Source: Deltaproteobacteria bacterium
GTDB taxonomy: Bacteria; Myxococcota; Kuafuiibacteriia; Kuafuiibacteriales; Kuafuiibacteriaceae
DNA length: 64,000 nucleotides
NCBI GenBank assembly: GCA_040218735.1
Contig: JAVJQW010000023.1
Coordinates: 320,001 to 384,000 of the forward strand
Reading direction: 5' to 3'
Shown here: positions 35,616 through 45,416 of the stretch, piece after piece
Position numbering within the stretch: position 1 is the stretch's first letter
Layout: the number at the start of each line of letters is the position of its first letter
Made by a program: the position numbers and the translations under genes
The notes under the pieces: generated by a model
The model's input: the letters and a program-made list of their open reading frames with translations, nothing else
What the model was told of the DNA's origin: nothing
The model's database searches: none

Positions 35616-36482
35616 GTGCGTGTGGCCGCCTGCATTCTCGTGTCGATGACCGCCGCCTGCGTGCCCTCGCCGGAGGTGACCGGTGCGCTCGAATCGCTCG
35701 TCCGCGGGTCCCCGTCGACGGTCGACGGGTGGTACCGGTTCTCAGAGGGTCCGACCCGAGCTCGCGCCGGCGACGTGTACTTCTCGAACCTCCCGAGCCG
35801 GACGATCCACCGCTGGCACGTCGACGGACACGTCGAGACGGTGCGGGACGACGGCGAGATGACCAACGGGCTCGCGGTCGGCCCGGACGACGTGCTGTAC
35901 GTGTGTGAGCCCTACCTGCGCCGGGTCGTCGCGCTCGAGGGCGGCGAGACGCGGGTCGTCGCGGACCGGTACGACGGCAAGATCCTGAACAGCCCCAACG
36001 ACGTGTGGGTGCACCCGCGGGGGGTGTACTTCACCGACCCGCGCTACTCGAAGGACCGCGAGATGCAGCAGGACGGCGAGCACGTCTACTTCGTCGCGCA
36101 CGGCTCCTCGGACGTGGTGCGCGTGACCGACGATCTGGTGCGCCCCAACGGCGTCGTCGGCACGGCCGACGCGCTCTTCGTCGCCGACGACGGCGTCGGC
36201 AAGACCTACCGCTACGACATCGCCGCCGACGGGACGCTCTCGAACCGCGCGCTCGCCGCAAACGCCGGCGCCGACGGCCTGACCCTCGACGCGGACGGCC
36301 GCCTCTACGTGGTCGCGGAGGTGGTCGAAGTCTTCGAGGATGGCGAGCGCGTCGGGACGATCGACACGCCGTTCCGCCCGACCAACGTGACGTTCGGCGG
36401 CGCCGACGGACGGACGCTGTTCATCACCGGGAAGTGGGTGGTGAACACGATCGAGATGTCGGTGCGCGGCGCGGGGATTTAG
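35616..36482 (+). CDS. SMP-30/gluconolactonase family lipoprotein
   Basis: FSEGP, TNGL, LNSPND, YFTDP, RPNGV, ADGL, PTNVTFGG; lipobox TAAC. Confidence 0.88.
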   Translation: MRVAACILVSMTAACVPSPEVTGALESLVRGSPSTVDGWYRFSEGPTRARAGDVYFSNLPSRTIHRWHVDGHVETVRDDGEMTNGLAVGPDDVLYVCEPYLRRVVALEGGETRVVADRYDGKILNSPNDVWVHPRGVYFTDPRYSKDREMQQDGEHVYFVAHGSSDVVRVTDDLVRPNGVVGTADALFVADDGVGKTYRYDIAADGTLSNRALAANAGADGLTLDADGRLYVVAEVVEVFEDGERVGTIDTPFRPTNVTFGGADGRTLFITGKWVVNTIEMSVRGAGI

Positions 36483-36486
36483 TCGC

Positions 36487-36661
36487 GCGGGCTTCAGCCT
36501 AGGCCCTTCACGGTCGTCCGCTCCGCGGACCACCTGGGCACAGGCTTCAGACCCGCCGCATTCGCGGCGGGCTTCAGCGTAGGCCATAACGCCGCTCCGC
36601 TTCGCGGACCGCCTTGGCACAGTCTTCGGACCGGCCGCATCCGCGACCGGCCTCAGCCTAG
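36487..36661. repeat. degenerate ~80-bp tandem repeat (about 2.2 copies) with hairpins, between convergent genes
   Basis: GG(G/C)(C/T)TCAGC(C/G)TAG-like anchor recurs near 36490, 36570 and 36650; stem CCCGCCGC-ATTC-GCGGCGGG at 36552-36571. Confidence 0.8.
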
Positions 36662-37722
36662 AAACTACCGCTGCCGAAGTCGACGCCGACTGCGACGCAC
36701 CACACGCTGATGCCGTCGATCTCGTCGAGCGTTCGGCCTTCGGGGAGCGTGAGGGTTACCGAGTCCCCGGCGTAGCCGCCGCGGCGCACGAGGTCCGGGC
36801 TGATCGAGAAACCCGCGGCGTAGTTGCCGTCGCGAGCGGCGTAGACCTGCACGTCGATCCCCGCGCCGTCATAGTGGAAGTCGGTGAGCTCGATCGTGCA
36901 GTCGTCGACGATCGTCGCCGTCCCGCGTACGCCGTGGAAGAAGGTCTGGAGCCTCGCCGTCCGGCCCACGCTCGGGTGCGTCGCCGCGCAGCTGCGCCCC
37001 ATCTGCTCCGGCGTCTCCTCCTCGGGCGCCGGCTCAGGTGCGTCGGCGGTGGCGACGAACGCGGCGATGTCCCGCAGCTCGTCGTCGCTCAGTCGATCGA
37101 GTCCCCAGAACGGCATGCGCCCGCCGGTCAGGCCCTCGTAGACCTCGCTGTCGGGGAGCCCGCTCGTGCGAACGCGGCGCGCGATGTAGTCGACGTCCAG
37201 CGACAAACCGGTGATGCCGGGGGCGCGCACCGTGCCGCCGCCGTCCTGCCCGTGGCACGCAACGCAGGTTGCGTTGAACGTCGCGCGTCCCGCTTCCGGG
37301 TCGCCGCCCGTGACGTCGGCCGGAGGCTCGACGATCTGGATGGTCACCTCTTCGCCCACTCCGGCAGACTGCGCTTCGAGCCACGCCGACAGCGTCAGCC
37401 AGTCCTCGCTCGTTTCAGTATATGCGGGCGCGAGCATCCACTCTGTGACGCAGGTGTTGACCGCATCGCGGAGCGACGTGAGCTGGCCGTTTTTGTACGT
37501 GGAGCGATGAAATGCGTCGCCCAGCGCGTGGCCGACGCGGCGCACGCCGTCGGCGGCGGGCTCGGTGAGGGCGTGGCAGGTGCTGCACGTGAACGTGTTC
37601 CCGGCCGGGTTGGGCTCGGTGAAGATCGCTTCACCCGTGCGGGCGACCTCGATGGGCTCGGGTTCGGACGGGCCGCCGCATGCGACGAGGGTCACGCTGA
37701 CGAAGACGATTCGACGAAACAC
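36658..37722 (-). CDS. diheme c-type cytochrome lipoprotein with C-terminal DM13 domain
   Basis: Lipobox LVAC, CSTCH, CVACH, MPFWG, DM13 signature HGVRG..FHYDG..ISVWCVAVGVDFG. Confidence 0.8.
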   Translation of the reverse strand: MFRRIVFVSVTLVACGGPSEPEPIEVARTGEAIFTEPNPAGNTFTCSTCHALTEPAADGVRRVGHALGDAFHRSTYKNGQLTSLRDAVNTCVTEWMLAPAYTETSEDWLTLSAWLEAQSAGVGEEVTIQIVEPPADVTGGDPEAGRATFNATCVACHGQDGGGTVRAPGITGLSLDVDYIARRVRTSGLPDSEVYEGLTGGRMPFWGLDRLSDDELRDIAAFVATADAPEPAPEEETPEQMGRSCAATHPSVGRTARLQTFFHGVRGTATIVDDCTIELTDFHYDGAGIDVQVYAARDGNYAAGFSISPDLVRRGGYAGDSVTLTLPEGRTLDEIDGISVWCVAVGVDFGSGSF

Positions 37723-37771
37723 GTCAGCTCGTACGCGGTGCCCCGCGCGAGTGTTTCCGAAAAAGTTCGAT

Positions 37772-38599
37772 TCAACGCCCGTAGTACCCGAGCCACTCGC
37801 CGCCGCCCCGCGCGAGGAGCAGCAGGAGGAGCGGTGCGAGGCGACGAATGCGACGGACGTCACGCGGTCGCGCGCGGAGGATGCGCGAGAGCATCAGCGC
37901 CGGTACGGCGGGCGCCCCGAGGCGCCAGGTCCACCGCTCCTGCGGCGTGGCGAGCTCGGCGCGTTTTCTCGCGAACGTGCGGCCCAACGCGAAACGCTCG
38001 CGCATCGCTTCGAGCCACGCCACGTCGCGCCGAACGACGACGCGCGAGTCTGCGACCCACCGCAGCGGCCCCTCCCGCGCGGCGAGCGCGGCGTTCACCG
38101 CGGACTCCTGAAAGTGACGCCAATCCACGGAGAGGCGCTCGAGCGCGCTGCGCCGGTAGCCCGCGTTGTAGACGGAGAGCGACGATGCGATGCCGTCCGG
38201 GAGCGGGCTCGCGTAGCGGTACAGATCGATGATCGAGAACGCCCACTCGAAGTCGGAGACGTCGTCGGGCACGTCGATCGCACCGCCGACCGCCGCGGAG
38301 TGATCGAGCGCGCGCGACATGGCGTCGACCCAGCCGGGGTCCGGGACGCAGTAGTCCTTGGTGACGAGGACCTTCTCGGCGACCGTCTCGCGAATCGCGC
38401 GCGAGGCGAGCTCGAGGGGGGTGCGTTGCCCCTCGTTGCGAACGAAGCGAACGCCGGGGTGTCGCGACAGGTCGCCGTAGTCGATCGCGGGATCGTAGGT
38501 GACGACGACGTCGGCGCGCTGTGGGACGAGCGCCGCGAGGCAACGGTCGAGCGCAGCCGCTTCACCCATCCCGATGACGGCGACGCTCGGGCGGTTCAA
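37772..38599 (-). CDS. GT2-like glycosyltransferase (paralog B)
   Basis: LVTKDYCVPDPGW, VGGAID, NAGYRR; TTG start overlaps upstream stop. Confidence 0.7.
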   Translation of the reverse strand: MNRPSVAVIGMGEAAALDRCLAALVPQRADVVVTYDPAIDYGDLSRHPGVRFVRNEGQRTPLELASRAIRETVAEKVLVTKDYCVPDPGWVDAMSRALDHSAAVGGAIDVPDDVSDFEWAFSIIDLYRYASPLPDGIASSLSVYNAGYRRSALERLSVDWRHFQESAVNAALAAREGPLRWVADSRVVVRRDVAWLEAMRERFALGRTFARKRAELATPQERWTWRLGAPAVPALMLSRILRARPRDVRRIRRLAPLLLLLLARGGGEWLGYYGR

Positions 38600-39510
38600 G
38601 CGCCCTCCCGCTCCGGAGCGACGGAGAGGTCGTCGGGGCGAGTGCCGGTCCAGTAGCCGAGCCACTCCCCGAACGACCACGCGAAGACCATCAACGCGAG
38701 GGGGCCGATCGAACGGAGGAACTTCTCGCGGAGTTCGGGCGACTCGAAGGCCTTCGTCGTCATTCGCTTGAGTAGAACAGCCGGCAGAAGCGGCGAACCG
38801 AAGCGGTAGGTCCACTTCTGCCGGAGGTCCGCGAACTCCAGGCGCGAAGCACCGAACAACCGCCCGAACACGTAGCGCTCTCGGATCGCGTGCGGGAGGG
38901 TGACGTGACGTCGCATCGTCACGCGCGCGTCGTCTTCGAGGTGAAGCGGCCCGCCGATCCCCTTGAGCGCGTCGTGCACGACGGTCTCCAGGAACATCGA
39001 CTTCCACTCCACCGGGAGCTTCTCGAGGTCATCACGCCGGTAGGCCGCGTTGCACACCGTGAGGGTGGGGCTCGTCGCGATCTTCACGGGGCGCGCGTAG
39101 CGGAAGAAGTCGACGAAGTAGAACGCCCAGTCCGTCGGTCCCGCTTCGTCGCGGATCTCGATCGTCCCGCCCACCGCGCCGCACGGCTTCTGCAGCGCGA
39201 CCCACATCGCGTGGGCCCAGCCCGGGTCGGCGATGCAGTGGTCCTCGGTGAGCAGCACGTACTCACCCGTGGTCTCGCGGATCGCGCGACCCGCGAGCTG
39301 GAGCGGCGAGGTCTCGTTCGGATCGACGAACCACCGAACGTCGGGGAACTCTTCCGCGAGGGAGGCGACGTCGGCGAGGCGTGGGTCGTACGCGACGACG
39401 ATCTCGAGCGGCGGCACGTTCGTCTGCGCCATCAACGATTCGAGGCACCGTTTGACGTCCTTGCGGCTGCAGATGCCCACGAGGGCGACGGACAGCTCCG
39501 GTCGGGTCAT
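38596..39510 (-). CDS. GT2-like glycosyltransferase (paralog A)
   Basis: LLTEDHCIADPGW, VGGTIE, NAAYRR. Confidence 0.75.
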   Translation of the reverse strand: MTRPELSVALVGICSRKDVKRCLESLMAQTNVPPLEIVVAYDPRLADVASLAEEFPDVRWFVDPNETSPLQLAGRAIRETTGEYVLLTEDHCIADPGWAHAMWVALQKPCGAVGGTIEIRDEAGPTDWAFYFVDFFRYARPVKIATSPTLTVCNAAYRRDDLEKLPVEWKSMFLETVVHDALKGIGGPLHLEDDARVTMRRHVTLPHAIRERYVFGRLFGASRLEFADLRQKWTYRFGSPLLPAVLLKRMTTKAFESPELREKFLRSIGPLALMVFAWSFGEWLGYWTGTRPDDLSVAPEREGA

Positions 39511-40538
39511 GCGTCGGTCTCCTTGGGGGCCACGGGTCCACGCTTCAGACCCCCGACGAGCAGGAAACCTGCGGCGCCGGAGAGTGCCATGAGGATCAGC
39601 TGCACGGCGTGGAACGCGAGGGCCATGACCGCAGCGCCGTCCGGAGTGACGCCGAAGGGTTCGAGCCCAAGCTTGAAGCCCGCTTCGAGCGTTCCGGCGA
39701 ATGCGGGGCCGGCGGGGATCATGATCATGAACGCGCCGACACCCGTCGTGAAGTAACCCGACACGATCGGGAGCTCGGGGAGGTAACTCGTGAAGAGGAA
39801 CCACGCGAGCAACCCGGCCGACACCCAGTAGACGAGAGTGAGGCCGAGGAACGGGAGCAGGCGCGCGGGACTCTTCAGCACCATCGCGCCGTCGATGAAC
39901 GTATCGAGGAGGCCGACGACCGCTTCGGTGATCTTCGCGGAGATCGGCGTCCCGATCTTACGCACCAACGCGATCGCGGGGCGACGCGCGACGCACGCGA
40001 CGATCAGAAAGACAAACGCCCCGCCGAATACCGTCGGGGCGAGCCACATGACGGTGTCGAGCTTCGACAGCAGCGGACCGGGGGGGATCAAACTCAGCGC
40101 GACGAAGAAGAACGCGAGGTTCGCGATGCCGTCCGCGATCCGCTCGACCACCACACTCGCCATCGCCCCCGCGAACGGAGCGCCGGCCCGCGAGATGAGC
40201 ACGGGGCGAACGAACTCACCGAGGCGAAGCGGCAGGAAGAACGTCGCGGGGAAACCAAGCGCACCCGCCGCGGCGACGGCGCCGTTCGTCACGTTCCCGA
40301 GTGGCTTCACGAGGATGCCCCAGCGCGCAATGCGCAGGGCGTGCAAGACGATGTGACCGAGCAAGAAGAGGCCGATGACCGCGAAGTCACTCTCGGCGAG
40401 CTCGTGCGCGACCTTCGTGAGGTTGACGTCGTGCAGCGCCCACCACAGCGTCGCGATGGAGCCGGCGAGCGCGACCGTGCCCTGCACGACGAGCGACAGC
40501 GCGCTCCTCTTCTCGCGCGGCGGCGCGGCCTCCGTCAT
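39507..40538 (-). CDS. lysylphosphatidylglycerol synthase TM / flippase-like protein (UPF0104)
   Basis: LRIARW, LPLRLGEFVR, VVERIAD, IPAGP..GTLE. Confidence 0.85.
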   Translation of the reverse strand: MTEAAPPREKRSALSLVVQGTVALAGSIATLWWALHDVNLTKVAHELAESDFAVIGLFLLGHIVLHALRIARWGILVKPLGNVTNGAVAAAGALGFPATFFLPLRLGEFVRPVLISRAGAPFAGAMASVVVERIADGIANLAFFFVALSLIPPGPLLSKLDTVMWLAPTVFGGAFVFLIVACVARRPAIALVRKIGTPISAKITEAVVGLLDTFIDGAMVLKSPARLLPFLGLTLVYWVSAGLLAWFLFTSYLPELPIVSGYFTTGVGAFMIMIPAGPAFAGTLEAGFKLGLEPFGVTPDGAAVMALAFHAVQLILMALSGAAGFLLVGGLKRGPVAPKETDA

Positions 40539-40631
40539 CGGGCGCGTTCTACCAGGTCACGTGCCGAGGCGCCTCATCGACGACGACAAATCCGGGGACT
40601 TCCCGGGGGCGTTCGTGGAAGATGCGGTGCC

Positions 40632-41306
40632 GTGGACCCGCGAGTCGTCGCGCGCCTGGAGGCGCTCAACGCGGAGTTCTACGACCGCGTCGCGGCCGAT
40701 TTCTCGGCGACGCGGCAGTCCCCCTGGCCAGGCTGGCACCGTGTTCTGGAGCGCGCCGGGCCGGTCCGGTCGGTGCTCGACGTGGGCTGCGGCAACGGAC
40801 GCTTCGCGGCGCTGCTCCCGGACGACGTCGAGTACGTTGGGGTGGATCCGTGCGCCGCGCTCCTCGCGGAGGTGCCGCCCCACCACGAGACGCTCCTCGG
40901 TGGTTGGTCGGAGCGGCCGTGGGGCACGCGGACCTTCGATCTGGTGGTGGCGTTCGGTCTGACACACCACGTGGCTTCGGCCGCGCGGCGGCGAGCGCTG
41001 ATCTCGACGCTCCGCGCGGCGTCGCACGGTCGCGTCGCGGTGACGGCGTGGCGCTTCGATCCGGCGCGCGCCGTGGGTTGGGACGGCGTCCCCGCCGAGG
41101 CGCTGGAAGACGGTGACTACTTCCTCGGGTTCGGCCACGGCGACGCCGTGCGGTACTGCCACCTCGTGAGCGACGCGGAGCTCGAAGGGTGGTTCGACGA
41201 CGTGCTCGATGACTTCGTGAGTGACGGGCGCGACGGTGCGTCGAATCGCTACTGCGTCGGTTCGGGGGCGAGCTCGAGATCGAACGGATCGATCCGCCGC
41301 AGGTAG
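40632..41306 (+). CDS. class I SAM-dependent methyltransferase
   Basis: FYDRVAADFSATRQSPW, VLDVGCGNGR. Confidence 0.85.
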   Translation: MDPRVVARLEALNAEFYDRVAADFSATRQSPWPGWHRVLERAGPVRSVLDVGCGNGRFAALLPDDVEYVGVDPCAALLAEVPPHHETLLGGWSERPWGTRTFDLVVAFGLTHHVASAARRRALISTLRAASHGRVAVTAWRFDPARAVGWDGVPAEALEDGDYFLGFGHGDAVRYCHLVSDAELEGWFDDVLDDFVSDGRDGASNRYCVGSGASSRSNGSIRRR

Positions 41307-42091
41307 TGAATGCCGAACTGCGGGCGCAGCGAACGCACCGCGCCCATGTCCGCGCTCTGGCTGCGGTGGGCCTTCGAGATCTCCAGCGCGACGTCCAGAC
41401 ACCACCGGCCCGGCGGGCCGCACGGTTTGTCGGACGTGAAGATCTCCGTGGGCGCTGGGTCGTCGCCACCGCCGGCGACCCGAAAGAACCAGTACTTGTT
41501 GAGCAGGTGATAGACGTAGGGGACGCGATGGGCGTCGGGGCCCTTCGAAGCGCGGCGGACGGCTTGGGTCGCGAAGCGGGAAGCGAGCTGGTGTTCGGGG
41601 TGGCCCGTGAACCCATTGTGGGGATCGAAGGTGATGACCACAGTGGGTTTGAACTCACGGATGAGTTTCTCCAGACGTTCACCCGGGTGACCGTCCGCGA
41701 TCCATTTTTCTGCGAGCTCCTGGCGCGTCGGGAAGCTACTCACCGGGAGCGGCGCATTGTAATAACGCCAGTGCACGAGCTTCGCACCCATCGCGTGCGC
41801 GACGTGGGTCAGCTCGACCGAACGCACAGCGCCGACGCTCGGCTCACACCCCTCGGGGCGCAAACACTCACCGCCGTCGCCGGCGTTCATCACCGCGAAG
41901 AGGCATGGGGTCTTGTGCCCGATGCACGCCCGCGCGAGGACGGGGCCGCCGAGCATCTCGTCGTCCGGGTGCGCCGCGACCCACATGACACGCGCATCCT
42001 CCGCGGCGAAGACGTCGTCGATCGTCGGCGGAACCGCGGGCTCGGGGACGGTGACACACGCCGTGAACAGGAGCGGGAGCAGGCGCTTCAC
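41249..42091 (-). CDS. PIG-L family deacetylase, lipoprotein
   Basis: AHPDDE, GHPEH, HRSQ; lipobox FTAC. Confidence 0.88.
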   Translation of the reverse strand: MKRLLPLLFTACVTVPEPAVPPTIDDVFAAEDARVMWVAAHPDDEMLGGPVLARACIGHKTPCLFAVMNAGDGGECLRPEGCEPSVGAVRSVELTHVAHAMGAKLVHWRYYNAPLPVSSFPTRQELAEKWIADGHPGERLEKLIREFKPTVVITFDPHNGFTGHPEHQLASRFATQAVRRASKGPDAHRVPYVYHLLNKYWFFRVAGGGDDPAPTEIFTSDKPCGPPGRWCLDVALEISKAHRSQSADMGAVRSLRPQFGIHYLRRIDPFDLELAPEPTQ

Positions 42092-42798
42092 GGCAGCTTC
42101 ACTCCCAGCGCCTCCAGCTCGGCCTCGGCGCGCTCCGCCCAGCCGCGGTTGGCGATCGGGCTCGCCGGGCTCGGGTGCAGGATGCGGCCGATCGGGACGT
42201 CCATGCCGTCGAGCGCCAGCTGCAGGCGCTTCTCCGCGAACGCTCCGACGCCGATCGCCATCTTGGGTTTCAGCAGCGTGATGGTGTCGCGGAGCGCCCG
42301 GTCGCAGATCTCGAGCAGTGGCGTGCGCTCTTCGACCGGGAGTTTGTCGGGCGTTCGGTTCTTGCCGCTCGCCTCCATGAACACCAGTGGGCAGTAGTTA
42401 CCGACGTAGAAGCGCGAGAAGAACTTGTCGGCGTCGCCGAAGCGGTCGCGTGCCCACCCCCAGATGCGCGCGCCGCTGACTTCGCTGCGCTGGCAGTCGA
42501 AGCCTTCGATCGGGCGCTTCGGGTGTTCGTTCTTGGGTTTCTTCACCTTGCCGGTGATGCCGATCCAGTCGCGCGCGAGGTTGACCTCGCCGAACGGGAC
42601 GCCGGTCTGCGCCATGCCCCACGGTCCGGGGTTCATGCCGAGGAGCACGTACTCACGCGTTCCGTCGAAGCGCGACAGGTACTGTTGGTGCGGCGCCCAC
42701 GCGTACTGGAGCGGGTCGTAGACGTGGGTGACGGGTTCGGCGAACTCGAGTGGCGCGAGCTGCTTGCTCATGCGCTTGGCGATCTTCTCCAGCGACAT
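42088..42798 (-). CDS. SMUG1-type (family 3) uracil-DNA glycosylase
   Basis: GMNPGPWGMAQTGVPFG, SEVSG, NYCPL, HPSP. Confidence 0.93.
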   Translation of the reverse strand: MSLEKIAKRMSKQLAPLEFAEPVTHVYDPLQYAWAPHQQYLSRFDGTREYVLLGMNPGPWGMAQTGVPFGEVNLARDWIGITGKVKKPKNEHPKRPIEGFDCQRSEVSGARIWGWARDRFGDADKFFSRFYVGNYCPLVFMEASGKNRTPDKLPVEERTPLLEICDRALRDTITLLKPKMAIGVGAFAEKRLQLALDGMDVPIGRILHPSPASPIANRGWAERAEAELEALGVKLP

Positions 42799-42800
42799 CT

Positions 42801-43763
42801 TCAGTTCATCCCCCGAATGATGCGGAGCTGCTCTTCGAGGTCGAGCGTCTCCTTCTCCCAGTACACCTCGCTGTTGAAGTGCGGGAACGATCGCGGAAAC
42901 GCCGGATCCTTCCAGCGACGCGCAATCCAGCCTGCATAACGAACGTAGCGGAGCGCGCGGAGGGGCTCGACGAGCCCGAGCCACCGCGGCTCGAACTCCC
43001 GGAACTGGCGGTACGCGTCGATGAACACTTCGCGCTGGCGTGCGCCCTCCGCGTCGCGCCCCGGAACGAGGAGCCACACGTCCTGCACGGCGGGGCCCTC
43101 GACGAAGTCGTCGAAGTCGAGGAAGAACCAACCGTCGCGTCCATTCAGTAGATTGCCGTGGTGGCAGTCGGCGTGGATGCGGTGGATCGGGACGTCCTCG
43201 GCGAGCTCGTCGTAGACGTCGGCGACGGCTTCGACCGCGGCGGCGTATCGCTTCGCCCACTGCGGCGGCAAGAAGCCTTGCTCCTCGATGTAGTCGAGCG
43301 CGTCCAGCGCGTAGGTCTCGCCGTCGAGCGTCCCGCGGTGCTGCGCCGGCTTGAGCGCGCCGACGTTGTGGATGCGCGCGACGAGGCGACCGAGGATCTC
43401 GACCTGCTCGTCGGAGAGCTCCTCCGGCGAGCGCCCGCCGGTACGAGGCCACACTGCGTAGTAGATGCCTTCGACTTCGTGCAGCGACTCACCGTCCGCG
43501 AAGCGCAGCGGAGCGCAGACGGGGATTTCGGCGTCGGCGAGATCGAAGAGGAGCTGGTGCTCTTCGAGGATCGCCTCCTTCGACCAGCGGCCGGGGCGGT
43601 AGAACTTCGTGACGACGTGTGACTCGTCTTCGAGCATCAGATCGTAGACGCGGTTCTCCAGGCAGTGGAGCGCCATGATGTGACCGGTCGGGTCGAAGCC
43701 GCCGGCTTCCACGGCACGGATCACCCAGTCGGGGGTCAGAGCGAAGAACAGATCCGTGCTCAT
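42801..43763 (-). CDS. srkA: stress response kinase SrkA/RdoA (YihE)
   Basis: ENRVY, KFYRPGRWS, IHADCHHGN, LDFDD, GPAVQD, WKDPAFP. Confidence 0.9.
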   Translation of the reverse strand: MSTDLFFALTPDWVIRAVEAGGFDPTGHIMALHCLENRVYDLMLEDESHVVTKFYRPGRWSKEAILEEHQLLFDLADAEIPVCAPLRFADGESLHEVEGIYYAVWPRTGGRSPEELSDEQVEILGRLVARIHNVGALKPAQHRGTLDGETYALDALDYIEEQGFLPPQWAKRYAAAVEAVADVYDELAEDVPIHRIHADCHHGNLLNGRDGWFFLDFDDFVEGPAVQDVWLLVPGRDAEGARQREVFIDAYRQFREFEPRWLGLVEPLRALRYVRYAGWIARRWKDPAFPRSFPHFNSEVYWEKETLDLEEQLRIIRGMN

Positions 43764-43788
43764 GCCCGCTCGGCATAGAGGCCGCGTC

Positions 43789-45264
43789 CTATCGACGCAA
43801 GCGGTAACGCTTCGGGTCGATCTCGAAGCGCCGGATCCGAAGGCCCATCTTACGTTCCGTGAGGCCCAACGACCGCGCCGCCTCGGCCATGTTGCCGCGG
43901 GAGGTCTTGAGGGCGTCGTGGATGAGATCGCGCTCGACCGCGGCGAGGGTCGCTTCGAGGCCGGCTTGCGGCGACGTGCCGGTCGCCTCCGCGGTCTGGA
44001 GCGTCGGCGGGAGGTGGTGCGCGTGGATCACGCCGTCGCGCGTGAGGAGCACGGCGCGCTCGATGCAGTTCTCGAGCTCTCGGACGTTGCCCGGCCAGTG
44101 ATAGACCATGAGCATGTCGATCGCCTGACTCGTGATCCGCTGGATGTCCTTGCCGAGCTGCTTCGCGTACTTCTCCACGAACGCGTCGGCGAGCAGGAGG
44201 ATGTCGGTGCGGCGTTCGCGCAGCGGCGGCACATGGATCGGGAACACCGCGAGGCGGTAGTAGAGGTCCTGGCGGAACGAACCGTCCGCCATCAGCGCCT
44301 CGAGATCGCGGTTGGTCGCGGCGACGATGCGGACGTCGGAGGTGATGGTGCGGTTGCCGCCGACGCGTTCGAACGACTTCTCCTGGAGCACACGCAGCAA
44401 CATGATCTGCGTGCTCGCGGGGAAGTCGCCGATCTCGTCGAGGAAGATCGTGCCGCCATCTGCGACTTCGAAGCGCCCCTTTCGCTCGGCGGCGGCGCCG
44501 GTGAACGCGCCCTTCTCGTGCCCGAACAGCTCGCTCTCGAGGACACCGGCCGCGAGCGCGGCGCAGTTCACCTTGATGAGCGGGCCGCTCTTGCGCGCCG
44601 ACGCGTAGTGGATCGCGTTGGCGACGAGCTCCTTGCCCACGCCGCTCTCACCGCGGATCAGGACGGTAGCGTCGCTCTCCGCGACGGTGTGCACCATCTC
44701 GATGATCGGTTTGATCGCACGGGACCGGCCGAGGATGCTCGCGGGGCCGACCTCGATCTGCTCCTCGACCTCCGCGACCGACTGCCGGGAGGCGGCGGTC
44801 TGCGCGATCATCGTGGCCACGATGCCAAGGACTTCGACGAGCCGTTCGAGCTCGCGCAGCTTCGCGCTCGGGACGTCGACCGAGAGGGCGCCGATCGCGT
44901 GGTCGTCGATCACGATCGGGACGCAAACGAAGGACGCGTCGGCGTTGCTGTGCGCGCCGGTGCGGTTCAGGAACTCGGGGTCGTCGTCGATCCGCTCGAG
45001 GATCACGGGGCGCTGCGTGCGGACGACGTTGCCGGTGACACCCTCGCCGACTTGGTAGCGCCCGCGGTTTTGCTCGTCGGGGGTCAGCCCGTACGCAGCG
45101 TCGATCTGGATTTCCTTCGTGTCGCGATTCAGGAGGGCGATGGCCGCGCGGACGACGCCGAGCTGTTGGGCGAGGAGCGCCAGGAGGTCCTCGAGGACGC
45201 CGTCGAGATCGACGGTCCCGCGGACGCGCCGAGAGACCTCGGCGAGGAGGGGGAGCGCTTCCAT
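43789..45264 (-). CDS. NifA-like GAF-AAA-HTH sigma54 activator
   Basis: GAF (YQVGEGVTG, SFVCVPI), GESGVGKE, ESELFGHEKGAFTGA, WPGNVRELEN, HTH. Confidence 0.9.
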   Translation of the reverse strand: MEALPLLAEVSRRVRGTVDLDGVLEDLLALLAQQLGVVRAAIALLNRDTKEIQIDAAYGLTPDEQNRGRYQVGEGVTGNVVRTQRPVILERIDDDPEFLNRTGAHSNADASFVCVPIVIDDHAIGALSVDVPSAKLRELERLVEVLGIVATMIAQTAASRQSVAEVEEQIEVGPASILGRSRAIKPIIEMVHTVAESDATVLIRGESGVGKELVANAIHYASARKSGPLIKVNCAALAAGVLESELFGHEKGAFTGAAAERKGRFEVADGGTIFLDEIGDFPASTQIMLLRVLQEKSFERVGGNRTITSDVRIVAATNRDLEALMADGSFRQDLYYRLAVFPIHVPPLRERRTDILLLADAFVEKYAKQLGKDIQRITSQAIDMLMVYHWPGNVRELENCIERAVLLTRDGVIHAHHLPPTLQTAEATGTSPQAGLEATLAAVERDLIHDALKTSRGNMAEAARSLGLTERKMGLRIRRFEIDPKRYRLRR

Positions 45265-45310
45265 CGGGGATCGGACCCTCCGGGCTCCACCCCATCGAGT
45301 CAACGTTGTT

Positions 45311-45351
45311 CCTACGTTTTGGTAGGGTGCATCTGCAAAAACCTACGCAGA
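45311..45351. promoter_or_regulatory. two palindromic upstream activator-site candidates
   Basis: CCTAC-N6-GTAGG (45311-45326) and TCTGC-N10-GCAGA (45332-45351). Confidence 0.5.
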
Positions 45352-45387
45352 CGTCGTCCTGGACCGCGGATCTGACCCTCTATAACG

Positions 45388-45402
45388 CGGTACGTCGATT
45401 GC
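45388..45402 (+). promoter_or_regulatory. sigma54 promoter of amtB
   Basis: CGGTACG-TCGA-TTGC. Confidence 0.65.
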
Positions 45403-45416
45403 GTTAGGGTGGCCTC

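Noticed and set aside
36487-36661. CRISPR array
   Set aside because: Only about 2 units, similar along their whole length, no unique spacers and no cas genes
43789-45264. Nitrogen fixation locus
   Set aside because: NifA-like architecture only; no nif structural genes in the window
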